Shown: positions 39,751 through 52,881, counted from the first letter of the whole stretch. The stretch is 63,136 bases of DNA, filler included, from Octopus bimaculoides (GCF_001194135.2; 5 parts of 5 records of this genome joined end to end with filler, not necessarily neighbours in it); one strand, 5' to 3'. Notes: generated by a model from the letters alone, not told the origin. Numbers and translations are program-made.

Positions 39751-40754
39751 TATTACTGTACTCCCTACAGGAAGCTATATCCTATGTACAAAAATATATA
39801 TGCATGCGTAATTTGTCTGAAATGGAATGTAACATATTCCATATTTACCTACTGAATTATAACAATGTAAGTGAAGCAATCCTATTTTGTATTTTCGCCA
39901 GGTTTCTTATTTATTTTATGATAGCATCACTAATTGAAAACGTATGTTTACGATTAAATTTTCATTATATTCCGCTTCATGGTGTATAAATATAAGGTTT
40001 CAATCACACACATTTTATCAACTATATATTGCTGGAATTCAATTATTTTCATTACATATTTATGCATACATTTTGTTTAATCTGTCAGTATTCAACCATG
40101 CAAGAGCTATAGTATATAAATTTTGTTTGTTTTGAAAACATTTTTACGCATGTACTCCAAACCCCTTTACATTAGAAATGAAGACTACTTAATTTACCAA
40201 GAGAAAATTAAAGATAACTACATTAACCGGACCATAGTTTCGTTAAAACAGCCTTTTGTTGCCTCTACGCATAATTGTGGGGGGGAAAACTACAAATAAA
40301 ACGTTATATTGCGTTTAGCACGATTTCAAGTTCATCTTGGATGTTTGACGCTATGGAAATGAATATGAAAATGTGTCGACAGATCGAAATGAATTCACTT
40401 CTTTTGACGAGGGTGTCAAATAAGAAGACAAAGAAAGTGTTTATCACATTTTTAATGACCAGTTACAATTTATTTCTTCTCCAACAAAGCTGTCAACGCC
40501 AGTTTGCGCAAAAGTTCCAGGTGAAAATTTTCGCAATATTTGCGGTTTGAAACATTACAATGGCATTTCTTCAGAACTGCATCATTATATTTCATCATAT
40601 TTTTCATTTTGTTTTATCACTTTGTCTTTTTGTGACTTACCATATATGGAATATTCCTGACATTTAAAGTTCGTATTTATATTTGTGACTGTGTGAATAT
40701 GTGTCTGTATATGTATATTTATACATTCATACATACATACATACATACATACAT

Positions 40755-40817
<63 letters not shown>

Positions 40818-41359
40818 CAGACACACACATACATACATATATATATATATATGCTTTGCAAACAACTTGCAGATGCAAGTGCTATCAGTTGAAAGCTCCG
40901 TATATCAGATGCCAGCAAGTTTACAGGGTCATCAGGAGAGAATGCGTTCCGTTTCGGGGCCTGCCCCTCGACGGCCTCATTGCGCACCCTCACTGAAATG
41001 ATGCACTGCCTGCTAGATCATCTACTTATCAGATTTAGCTCAATATTCATCTAAACATTACTCATCGTCTCTTTTAATCAAACCATAAATATAAGTACAT
41101 GTGCGTCTTTATCCATACACACACACACACACACACACACGTATGTGTATATATATGTATGCATATATATTATGTATGTATGTACGTATGTATGTATGTA
41201 TGCATGTATGTATATATGTATATGTATATGCACGTGCGTGTGTATACATTCGTGTATGTATATGTGCATGCATATATAAGCATACCTAATTATATATGAG
41301 TAGGTGTAAATATAGTTATAGATATATAACTGTATATACGTGTGCACGTACGTTTATGT

Positions 41360-41525
41360 GTATATGGATTGTTGGCGATTTTTTTCCTCCGTCTTTGTCT
41401 TCACCTATCATTTTCTCTTGGACTTTCCTCTGTCTCCTGTTTCTGAAGAAGAGCTTTGCTCGAAACGCTAAACAACCTTTCTTTCCTTCCCTGAGCGTGA
41501 TTTTTTATACTTTGCATTCTTGTGT
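41360..41525 (+). mobile_element. Penelope-like pseudo-LTR fragment
   Basis: T/C-rich repeat carrying a minimal hammerhead-type motif, a known hallmark of PLE pLTRs. Confidence 0.6.
41438..41474 (+). ncRNA. Minimal type I hammerhead ribozyme motif, probably inactive
   Basis: TGTTT-CTGAAGA-A-GAGC TTT GCTC-GAAAC-GCT-AAACA: stem I 5 bp, stem II 4 bp; the cleavage triplet is GCU rather than GUH. Confidence 0.65.
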
Positions 41526-42285
41526 NNNNNNNNNNNNNNNNNNNNNNNNNNNNNNNNNNNNNNNNNNNNNNNNNNNNNNNNNNNNNNNNNNNNNNNNNNN
41601 NNNNNNNNNNNNNNNNNNNNNNNNNNNNNNNNNNNNNNNNNNNNNNNNNNNNNNNNNNNNNNNNNNNNNNNNNNNNNNNNNNNNNNNNNNNNNNNNNNNN
41701 NNNNNNNNNNNNNNNNNNNNNNNNNNNNNNNNNNNNNNNNNNNNNNNNNNNNNNNNNNNNNNNNNNNNNNNNNNNNNNNNNNNNNNNNNNNNNNNNNNNN
41801 NNNNNNNNNNNNNNNNNNNNNNNNNNNNNNNNNNNNNNNNNNNNNNNNNNNNNNNNNNNNNNNNNNNNNNNNNNNNNNNNNNNNNNNNNNNNNNNNNNNN
41901 NNNNNNNNNNNNNNNNNNNNNNNNNNNNNNNNNNNNNNNNNNNNNNNNNNNNNNNNNNNNNNNNNNNNNNNNNNNNNNNNNNNNNNNNNNNNNNNNNNNN
42001 NNNNNNNNNNNNNNNNNNNNNNNNNNNNNNNNNNNNNNNNNNNNNNNNNNNNNNNNNNNNNNNNNNNNNNNNNNNNNNNNNNNNNNNNNNNNNNNNNNNN
42101 NNNNNNNNNNNNNNNNNNNNNNNNNNNNNNNNNNNNNNNNNNNNNNNNNNNNNNNNNNNNNNNNNNNNNNNNNNNNNNNNNNNNNNNNNNNNNNNNNNNN
42201 NNNNNNNNNNNNNNNNNNNNNNNNNNNNNNNNNNNNNNNNNNNNNNNNNNNNNNNNNNNNNNNNNNNNNNNNNNNNNNNNNNNNN

Positions 42286-42347
<62 letters not shown>

Positions 42348-43299
42348 ATGTATGTATGCATGTATGTATGTATGTATGTATTTGTGAGTTTAAATATTTG
42401 TGTATCTGTCTGTGTGTATGTATAGTATATATGCCGCTGTGTGTATCTGTAAGCATATGTGTCTATGTGTTACAAAATATGATATCAACTTAGGTCAGTT
42501 GCCAAACAATCACTGGCACTTCTTATAGAACCATATCCACTAAGGTGACACGTCTACATTCCTATATCGTCCACCATTTCATTTGAGAAAGTAATGACGC
42601 TGCCCTTAATATCAGCCAAGCTGTAAACTATTTCTGAAACTTCTAGTCTATATGTATCGGCACTCTCAAATCTTAGACGGTGACATCTGATCACATCGCT
42701 CCATCACGATCCATATTAACGGAGCTCTTCTCTCACAATCAAACACGATGCGGAGGTGTGTGCAGTCTGGAACAGAACAATAAAAAAGAAAACACCCTGC
42801 AGATGAAGTTAACTACATTGAGACCGATGGGTCAAAATGATATTGGTGGAACAGAGAAATTAAAACAGGAGGGGGGGGTCTTCACAGAGAATAACATGAA
42901 GGGTAATCCTTAACAACTGCGATAAAAAGGGAGCAGAGAGAAATAGGTCATATTTCGTGCATTTAATAACACAATTATAAAGTCGACTAGATTTCACTTC
43001 TGTTCACAATTATAATGGTTTGAAAGCTTAAAGGCAAATGTAACTGTGAATTTACACAATTTGGCGTCGTTCCAATTAACCCTCCTCAGCCAGTGATGTA
43101 CAACCATCACTACTTTGGACATAAATGTTATTATGAAAGCAAGAAAATTATTACGATCGGTGTCAGCGTACATAGAGAGGAGGTTCTTGTCGAAGAGGGC
43201 TGTCTGCTCCAGGTGACACTTTTATTAGGTGGCACATTTCGGGCTCCTGTAGAAACCAGAATACAGATGAGGTACGAAGGTAGCAGATTCAAGAGCTAC

Positions 43300-44330
43300 A
43301 GTGGGTGGTACATACTCTAGTATATACCACCAATCCATTTGAGAAAGCAATGATCTTGCCCTTCATATCGGCAAAGCTTTACACTGTTTCTGATACTTCA
43401 AAACTTCCAAGCTATATTCTTCAGTACTTTCTCAAATTTAAGACAGTGAGACCCGACAGATAACTTCTTATCGCATTGCACCATCGCGCACCTTCTTCTC
43501 TTACACTCAAACAATACTGGTGTACTCCAAAGTTCAGTTTTGTTCTCCGCTTCCTTATTTCTTATCATCTATGACCTATTTGCCCTTCTGTTCAACTCAT
43601 TCGCAGCTGATACTATCCTTCATTCATCTACAATTTTTCCCAGCCGCTCATCCTCTACTGACACAAACATATAATGATTTATGAACTTAAACTGCGCACG
43701 TACCCTCTGTTGGAGTTTTACGAAACTTGTCCCTTTTGACAGTAAATGTACACAAGAACTGCTCATATCAAAAGGAAAACATCTTATTTCACACCTTTGA
43801 AACATGAACAGCAATCTAATAGATGTCTCACGCTCGCTCCAAATTTTAGGCCGTACAACACCGAGAATTTCTCATCGCAAATGATTGCACTTAACATAGC
43901 TAGTTTAACATCATGAAGAGTGACCCTACACGTCACCACCGTAATCTTATTCCCATTTGAGACCTACTTCTATTGCGAACGGGGAAATCCTAAACCGCTT
44001 CCAGACAAAGCCACTTGATTGACTAGTATAACATCACTCTGTTTTATACTACTTCTACTATAATGAGCACAGTTCCTCGTAGCTGGCTGATATCGTGCTA
44101 ACTCCCCACAAACACTCCCAATATACTTGTCACCCATCATCTTCTGTTTCATATTGTATCCAAATCCCTTAGGACTCGCAATAACCTGCTACACATAGTT
44201 CTTCCTTACCAGATCTTATAACCTATGAAATTTCTTCCCTCCTAATGTCTCTCCTGCAAATGTTGATTTATAAGAGCTTAAGCGAATTATAAACGATTTC
44301 TATCTCATCAGAATAACGAACCTGCGAAGG
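43300..44330 (+). mobile_element. Old CR1-type LINE RT/C-terminal fragment (a related RT piece lies at about 42540-42700)
   Basis: Decayed (A)LDISKAF-like and SFADDT-like segments; matches 35880-36720 in opposite orientation. Confidence 0.65.
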
Positions 44331-45136
44331 ATGTTTGCACTGCTTATTTCTCCGGTCCCGGTAAATAGGGAAAAGACATTTAACCTTGAAATATATATAT
44401 ATATATATGTATTTCATGTTTTGTGTACTGGTTCTATCTAATTCGTTCGTCAGTGATATGCTGACGATATAAAGATATTAGTTTTAAGAAAAAGAAAACA
44501 TTTTCTTACAGATATCGTCGAAAATTCAACACGTTCGATCCTTCTCAGCAGTATTATTTCTATGTTTTATCTGTAATTATTTTCTTTTCATGCATATTTT
44601 ATAAAGGTATAGATAACAAGTTTTCACATTGCTGCCCTGAACATGTATGTCATAACTTTGACATTTGTAAACCTAACGAGGGATTAAGTCGATTACATCG
44701 ATCTCAGTGTGCAACTGGTACTTATTTGATCGACCCCGAAAGGATGAAAGCAAAGTCGGACTCGGCGGAATTTGAACTCAGAACGTAACGGCAGACGAAA
44801 TACTGCTAAGCATTTCGCTCGGCGTACTAAAGAATCTGCCAGCTCGCTGCCTTAATTTGTCATTATATATTCTTTTTTACTCTAGGCACAAGGCCCGAAA
44901 TTTTTGGGGAGGGGGCCAATCAATTAGATCGACCCCAGTACGCAACTGGGAAGGAAGAAAGGCAAAGTCGACCTCGGTGGAACTTGAACTCAGAACATAA
45001 AGACAGACGAAATACCGTTAAGCATTTCGCCCGGCGTGCTAACGGTTCTGCCAGCTCGCCGCCTTTTTGTCATTATATATTACATATCAACTTGCTTCAC
45101 TTGAGTCTCATTTTGTATGTAACTATATTTTATTAA

Positions 45137-45522
45137 GTGGAGGCGCAATGGCCCAGTGGTTAGGGCAGCGGACTCACGGTCATAGGATAGCGGTTTCGAT
45201 TCTCAGACCGGGCGTTGTGAGTGTTTATTGAGCGAAAACACCTAAAAGCTCCACGAGGCTCCGGCAGGGGATGGTGGCGAACCCTGCTGTACTCTTTCAC
45301 TAAAACTTTCTCTCACTCTTACTTCCTGTTTCTGATGTACCTGTAATTCAAAGGGTCAGCTTTGTCACACTGTGTCACGCTGAATCTCCCTGAGAACTAC
45401 GTTAAGCGTACACGTGTCTGTGGAGTGCTCAGCCACTTGCACGCTAATTTCACGAGCAGGCTATTCCGTTGATCGGATCAACTGGAACCCTCAACGTCGT
45501 AAGCGATGGAATGCCAACAACA
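45137..45522 (+). mobile_element. Full-length SINE family C copy
   Basis: tRNA-like head, body and (CAA) tail; co-linear with the reverse complement of 27846-28239. Confidence 0.88.
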
Positions 45523-46604
45523 ATATATTTTATTATGTAATTGCATGTTATATATAACAAAGAATATATTTCTTTCATTCGGTTTGCATCAAAGAGTGTC
45601 AATAATGTGAATGAGATGGGCTCAATGCATGATGTGTTTACTAACAATACTAACTGTATCAAAACACGTCGTAGTGTGTGGTGCGCACGCGCGTGTTTGT
45701 GTGTGTATGTGTGTGTATGTGTGTGTGTGTGTATCAGTTAAAAAACATATGATAAATGTACAAACAAACGAAAAACAGACACAGGTTACCAGATCCTCTT
45801 CAGTTATCGGCCAGAGGACCAAACGCAATTTTGCACTTTCAAGGATAATATTGGTCCTGTCTGATGGCGCTGGCAACAAGTGGCCACCGAGTATTAAGTA
45901 ACTTGTACCTGGAAGATAATATTAGATAAATTTCTTCCGTACAAAGTTTACACATCCTATCATTCGGATGATAAAATTTCCTATGGCTCAAAATTTTCCA
46001 TTTAATTTTTTAAATTTTATTACTATCTTTCAAACTCCAAATGAATTTACTAAGACTCGTGTTGATAATTACTCGTAATACCATGTGGATGTATATTAGT
46101 ATTTTGGTTAAATATGTCCATATTTACTACTCTGCTTAGGTTAAGGTTATCAGTGTTTACTACATCTATATTTTGTTTACTATTATTAATTTCTTTTATG
46201 TATAAGAAAAAATTCCATTCCGTTTCAGATTTGAACTATCTATTTCGATAGAAAAAAGATAGAAGTTCTATTCATTTTTTAGACGTCAATTTTAACCTAA
46301 AAACAGGTAGATATGCGCCTTACCATAAACCAAACTCTGCATTAACTTACATTAACTTTAAAAGTAATCATCCACAGTCAATAACTAATTGTTTAGTCCC
46401 AAATATAGGAAAAAAGATTAATTACCTCTCATATAATGAGGAAATTTTTAATGAAAATAAGGACTTCTATAATAAGGCACTAGCTAAGGGTATAAACATA
46501 AAATTCAATATATTCGACCTATGATTAATAATATGTGTAATGATCTAAAAGCAGGAACATTTAACTTCACGAACAAACAAAAAGGGCTAAAATTAAAATA
46601 TGCA

Positions 46605-46844
46605 CTGTCCTCAGACTGACACTCAAACACTCTGAAATGTTCGTATTGGAGCTTCCGGCGCGAATGCCAAGCAGTACAGCATGTCGTTTCCAAGTTTCTA
46701 ACAGGGAATTGCGTCATGGTGCTGTTTCTCTCACAAACGATGTCCAACTGACCATACTATATTGTGTAGTTGACAAAATCAAAAGCAATATGCATGCACG
46801 AAATTAAAAATATGAAATGGCGACAAATTACCCATCGCACCCTG
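46605..46844 (-). mobile_element. Tc1/mariner-superfamily 5' fragment
   Basis: TA|cagggtgcgatgggtaatttgtcgcc TIR-like end; KRHAVLLGIRAGSSNTNISECLSVSLRTV HTH-like start. Confidence 0.65.
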
Positions 46845-47029
46845 TATATACCTGTACGTACCTATAACTATATATACACCTACACATATATACAAAGACA
46901 TGTCTACATATGCATGCACATATAAACATGCACATATATACATAGACCAAAACACATACAACAGGTAGTCTAAACTGTACCGGTGCTCTACTCAACCTTT
47001 AAAAACACTCATTGAATTATACCTATTTG

Positions 47030-49050
47030 TCCAAATTATTCATTTTATTGTCTTTTCACAGCTTCTAACGCTGGAGATGTACTGCGGTGTCAGCTATTCA
47101 CTACCAGTGAACTAAGGTAACACCCCTTATTTTTCGAACACCATCCGGAGTATTCAAGCGGTTCCAAGCTGTGCTGTTTTCTGCAAGTGCTCCACCCTTA
47201 TGGCAGCCTCTATTTGTTCCATGTACTTCTCAAGATTTTTACTCACTATTCCCAGGGTTCCAACAATTATTGGTACTACTACCACCTTTTTCAGCGACCA
47301 CAACTGCTTAACCTCCCAAGCTAACCTGTTATATCTATCAACTTTTCATTCTTCATTATCGCATACCTTGTTGTCAGCTGGGCATATTATATCTATGATC
47401 CAGCATTGTTTGCTTTCTTTCTCAACACTATGTATGATTTCCTACTATTCTCTATCTCATAGTCGCACTGAATCAGAAAATCTCATAGGATCATTTGCAT
47501 TATCATTTTCAATGATGCCTTCGGGTTTATGTTCGTACCACTTTTTTTGCTCTATTAAGTCCATACTTGCAAAGTGTTCAATGGACAATCCTTGCTATAT
47601 GTTCATGACGTCTCTTATATTCTTATTGAGCTAGTGGCGTACCTTGATTGGTAATATGTCATACGGTTTCATCATTTTGTCCACAAATTCTGCACTTATC
47701 ACTTTCTGATGTGTTGTCTATTCTGTATTTGATGTAATTCGTTCTTAATAGTTGCTCTTGAGCAGCACAAATTAGAGCCTCCGTTCCCGGTTTTAAATCA
47801 CTTTTAATCATCTATAGCCATCTTTTTTCTCTGTATGTCTTATCTTCAACATCTCTATGAAATTATCCATGCATTCTTTTCCTAATCCGCTTACTTTTAG
47901 TTACATTTATTCTCAAGCTTGTATAGTGCTTTATCTTTGCAGTCTTCCATCCTACACAAGCCTGACCTTCTTACTTCCAATGATAGCGGTTCTGTGACAT
48001 TTTTTACATACCATATGTTGTTCTCTTCTGCTTTAATGTTGTGTTCGTATCCAATCAGTCCTCTTCCCCCTCTTTTACTTGGTACATAAAGTCTGTTTCA
48101 CTGTTTAAGTGGAGTATCCCATACCTAGTCAGCAACTTCCTTGTCTTTCTGCTCCATATCTAAGGAGTAAAACCGCCAGGTATTGATAGCTTCAATCTTA
48201 TTCCGTCTGTTTAATTTCGACTTAAGGATCAGTCTCTGTCTGCGCAAGTACTCCACCTTAAATTTTTCTGTCATTTCTTTCTCCATCAATTTATCCATTT
48301 CTAATATCCTCAAGTACTTATAGCCGGTTTCTTCTATCTGATTCATAACCTCCCCGACAGTATCGCTAGCTCGTCCATACATTTAATTTTGCCCCTCTTC
48401 AAGACTACCACACAACACTTTTTCAGTCCGAACTCCATTCTGATATCAGCACTGAAAGTATACACCGTATCAACAAGGGAACTGACTTAGGATCCATCTT
48501 TACCATAAAGTTTGAGGTCATCCATGAATAACAAGTGGTTGACTTTTTGTTGGTGGCTCTTGAATACATACCCAGCCTTTGCTTTCCTTAGAATCAATGT
48601 TAGTGGTATCACACACAATACAAAGATCAGTGTAGATAGAGAGTCCCCTTGGAAGATGCCTCACCTGATTTCTGTTGTCCCTAAACTTCTTCCATATGCT
48701 GTCAGTTCCGTCCTCCACTTCACCATACTTTTTTCCAAGCAATCGCTCAACATTCGATGCAATACCAAATAGGTTCATACACTCCATAATCCAAGAATGT
48801 GGGATTATATCGTATACCTTACAATAATCGATCCATGACATGGTTAAGTGAGTTTTCCTCCTCTTGCAGTCTCTAAGTACAGTTTTGTCTACTATGAGTT
48901 GATCCTTGGTACCTCTGCACTTACGATTGCAACTCTTCTGCCCATGTGACACGACTCCATTTTTTCCAGATGTCCGTACATTGACTCTGCGAGTATTCCA
49001 GTCAATAATTTCCACATAAGTGGCAAGCGGGATATCAGCCTGTCATTACA
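47030..49050 (-). mobile_element. R4/Dong-like LINE (RT, CCHC, restriction-like endonuclease), decayed
   Basis: CRGTKDQL, WIDYCKVYDIIPHSWI, GIFQGDSLS, NHLLFMDDLKLY; CRICGQNDETV.HI; WIIDIICP, VVVPIIVGTLG, LQKTAQLGTA. Confidence 0.92.
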
Positions 49051-49129
49051 TTACTTTGAAAACACTTACTAAATACTGTTTGTCATAGATGACTAGTTTG
49101 CAAAATATAGTCGGAATGTAAAAATAATT

Positions 49130-50390
49130 TGGAAGCCGGCACAAGAAGTAAAGAGGTGAGAGACGATGAGAAGTATGGGAAGGAAAGGAACGTCAGAACA
49201 TCAGTGTTGGTTGAGAAAATGCGCAAATTTCTGGATGAAGACCGTCGTGTATCTCTAAAGGCAATAAGCATTTATTTCGTTATTGCCCACAAGGGGCTAA
49301 ACATANNNNNNNNNNAAGTAAAGAGGTGAGAGACGATGAGAAGTATGGGAAGGAAAGGAACGTCAGAACATCAGTGTTGGTTGAGAAAATGCGCAAATTT
49401 CTGGATGAAGACCGTCGTGTATCTCTAAAGGCAATAAGCATTTATTTCGTTATTGCCCACAAGGGGCTAAACATAGAGGAGACAAACAAGGACAGACAAA
49501 GTGATTAAGTCGATTACATCGACCCCAGTGCGTAACTGGTACTTAATTTATCGACCCCGAAAGGATGAAAGGCAAAGTCGACCTCGGCGGTATTTGAACT
49601 CAGAACGTAACGGCAGACGAAATGCCGCTTAGCATTTCGCCCGGCGTGCTAACGTTTCTGCCAGCTCGCCACCGTAAAGGCAATAAGCATTGTCTGGAGC
49701 TGGTGTGGCAATTGTACCGAGAATTATTCATGAAGATCTGAACAAACGCAAAATCTGTGCGAAGTTTGTTCGAAGGGTGCTCAGTGACGATCAGAAAGAA
49801 AAGATGCGTTGATGACAGGAGGGAGGTGGATGGGCTCAATTATTTCTAAAGCAAGACCTGTGACGAAAGCTGGATCTATTTTTACGATCCAAAAGACAGA
49901 GTGCCCAAAGGAAGCATCCTAACTCCCGCCAGACACGAGATTAAGCAAAGCAAGTTCACCGAAAAGCTCATGATGACCCCGCTTTTTTCGACAGCAAGGG
50001 CATCATCTACATCCACTGGTCTCCCTCTGGCCAGACAATCGACAAAAAGTACTTTGTGGACGTTTTAAAAGGACGTTCAGCAAGAAATTTCGTCGCAAAA
50101 GTCCAGAGATCTTCGACATGGGTTGATTGCTCCTGCACCAGGACAATGTCCCAGTTCACAATTCCATCATGGTAAGCAATTGCATGGCAGAGATAGACAG
50201 CAAAACTGTCCCCCGCTCTCCCTACAGTTCACACATTGCTATGTTTCACTTTCAGTTGTTCCCCACGCTGAAGGAAAACCTCAGAGGCAGTCGTCTTGAA
50301 GACACTGAAAAGATGAAGGAAGTTGTGACATGGGTTCTGGATAGCTTCACTTTGAATATCTTCCATGAAGTCATTGTGGTTAGGCTGTTT
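49130..50390 (+). mobile_element. Mariner transposase remnant interrupted by a family B SINE
   Basis: EVRDDEKYG, DEDRRVS, RKICAKFV.RVLSDDQK, TCDESWIYFYD, LLHQDNVP, PRSPYS, FQLFPTLKENLRG. Confidence 0.9.
49443..49674 (-). mobile_element. Family B SINE with 17-bp target-site duplication
   Basis: taaaggcaataagcatt at 49426-49442 and 49675-49691. Confidence 0.92.
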
Positions 50391-50391
50391 T

Positions 50392-50615
50392 ACTCGTGAT
50401 TGTAAGATTGTGGTTTCCATTCATGGACCGAGTGACGCGTTGTGTTCTTGAGCTAAACACTTCATTTCACATTGCTCCAGTCCACTCAGCTGACAAAAAT
50501 GAGTAATCCTGCGATGGACCAGCGTCCTGTCCAGGTGGGGAATTTATACGTCATGGAAACCGGGAAACCGGCCCTTATGCGTCAGTATGACTCGAGAAGT
50601 TAACTTTATTTTTTA
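50392..50615 (+). mobile_element. SINE fragment with CORE-like and V-domain-like blocks (family E)
   Basis: gttgtgttcttgagctaaacacttcatttcac and cctgcgatggaccagcgtcctgtccagg; domain names are inference. Confidence 0.6.
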
Positions 50616-51044
50616 TGGAGCCATCACAAAGTGGCTAGAGTGCTGCACCAAGTGCGTGGAAGTAAGAGGAAACTACTTTGAGAGAGATTAGACTTTTGTA
50701 CAGCTTTGGAATTAATAATTGTCTTATCTCAAAAGTCTCAAAACTTGTGGAATGCACTTGGTATATATCAGGATCTGCGGTTCTTTTAGTTTCGCTTGAC
50801 ACCAATTCGAAATTTCAAAACAATTAGTGCTTCTATTTTGAAAAGAAATTGCATGTAGAAGCAATTATAAATATTTGATGAAATTAATATTAATTAATAT
50901 TCTCATGTTTAAATACGTTGTTAAAGTTCTTCATTTAAAAAGCATTTCTCCAAAAAGTCAGATACCATAAAAGAGTCAATAATTTTTTCTATCACAATTA
51001 AATCTGTTAATATTTTTAAAATATTTAGATGCTGTGTGTACACA

Positions 51045-51600
51045 CGGCAGGAATTCCAGAAGTTTTCAGACTTATTGAAGAGAGACATTAGATAATTTCA
51101 TAGAAGTACAAAATTTAAATCGCTTTCAAAGTAAGATCCCCTGATTTCAATGCACTTGAGGTAGCGATCCATTCACTTCGTGAAAGTCCCGTGAAAGTCC
51201 TCCAAAGTGAATAGGTCCAGGACACTTGTCACAACCTCCTTCATCTCCCCCCCCCCACCTCAGCCTGTGAAACAACCAAAAGTCACGGGGACAAGGCCTG
51301 GACTGTAGGGAGGGTGAAGAACATCATTGCCATATAGTTTGTTACTTGGATAGACTTGTGAACAGCATTGTTCTGGGAAAGGTGCAACCGACACGAATAG
51401 AAGGGCTCTGGCCTTTTGTGACGAAATCTCTTACTGAACTCCCTCAAAAACTCCACAAAGTACTCTTTCTTGGCAGAGGGAACCCAGTGGATGCAGATGA
51501 TGTCTTTGTTGTCTAAAATGGGACCATCATGAGCTTCCTAGTGGACTCGCTTTACTTGGCCTCTTGTTCCAGCGAAAAACAGATGCTCGACTTATGTATG
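51045..51600 (-). mobile_element. Second copy of the same mariner family, opposite orientation
   Basis: Reverse-complement similarity to 49930-50390 (gacatcatctgcatccactggg, gatgaaggaggttgtgaca); TIR-like end near 51045. Confidence 0.75.
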
Positions 51601-52730
51601 TTAAATCCATATGCAGTCTAGAACATTTCTTATGAATGTATGTATGTATGTATGTATGTATGTATGTGTGTATGCATGCATGCATATATATCGCTACAGA
51701 ATGTAACAAGCTGCACGTTTAAATTGCAGGTAGAATCTAAAGCTTCTACAGTCTCCGTCTACCCAATTTCACTGATATGTTACAGGTCCATTCGACTCTT
51801 TAGTAAAATGAGATTTGCTTAAGATGCTACCCAGTGGATCCTAACCTAAGGTCTCATAGCTGCCAACTTTTTAGGAATTCCGTAATACAACGGCTACAGA
51901 ATATATACGAGTTTGCACATAATATAATGGGTGTATTCTGAAGACTTGATGAGTTTGATTACAGTTGATTGAATGGTTTATTCAATTCAGTTTTACCTCG
52001 TCTTCTAACCCATTTTGTTTTAATATTGATTTCAAATTTTGGCACAAGGGAAGCAAGTTCGAGGAAGGATCAAAGTCGATTACATCGACCCCAGTGCTCA
52101 ACTGGTATTCATTTTATTGACCCCGAAAGGATGAAAAAATGAAAGGCAAAGCCGACCTCGGCGGAATTTGTCTTCATATCAAATTTCTCTAAGGCGGAAA
52201 GCTGGCAGAATTGTTAGCATCCCGAACAAAATGCTTAGAGACATTTTGTTCGTCTTTACATTCAGAGTTAAACTTCCGCGAAGGTCGACTTTGCTTTTCA
52301 TCCTTTCGAGTTTGATAAAATAATTATTAGTTGATCACTGGGTTGTTGTAATCGTCTTACCCCTCCCCCAAAATTGCTGGCCTTGGGCCAAAATTTGAAA
52401 CCAGTATTAACTTACTCTTTCTTGTGTTATACTTTTCTGCAGCACTACGTTGATAGTCTCCTTCTTAATCTTTAGAGAGCGAGCATCGTCAATTGATGTT
52501 TCGTAACCTAACAGCGGACATCATCAATTGATGTTTCAAAAACTTTTCATGGTTATGGCTATCATCAATTGATACCCGAGGGTCAGCTTAGTTAAATGCG
52601 CCCAAGCATTTATCGATTGGACAAATCAAGTTGCATATAGAATATTTACACAGTGATGAAGAAGTTGTCTTTTTTTAGTTGATGTTTTTTTTTTTAGGTA
52701 GTGGGTGGGGTCTGATTTTCCTTCATCACC

Positions 52731-52805
<75 letters not shown>

Positions 52806-52834
52806 TGATGTTGATGATGATGATGATGATGATG

Positions 52835-52881
<47 letters not shown>

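Noticed and set aside
45137-45215. Apparent tRNA-Arg gene (also at 28160-28239)
   Set aside because: Continues directly into a shared SINE body and tail; it is a SINE head.
49146-49475. Perfect 160-bp tandem duplication (49146-49305 = 49316-49475)
   Set aside because: Identical copies on either side of a 10-N gap; unmerged overlapping contig ends.
52484-52574. CRISPR array
   Set aside because: Eukaryotic context, only three short degenerate repeats, no cas genes.
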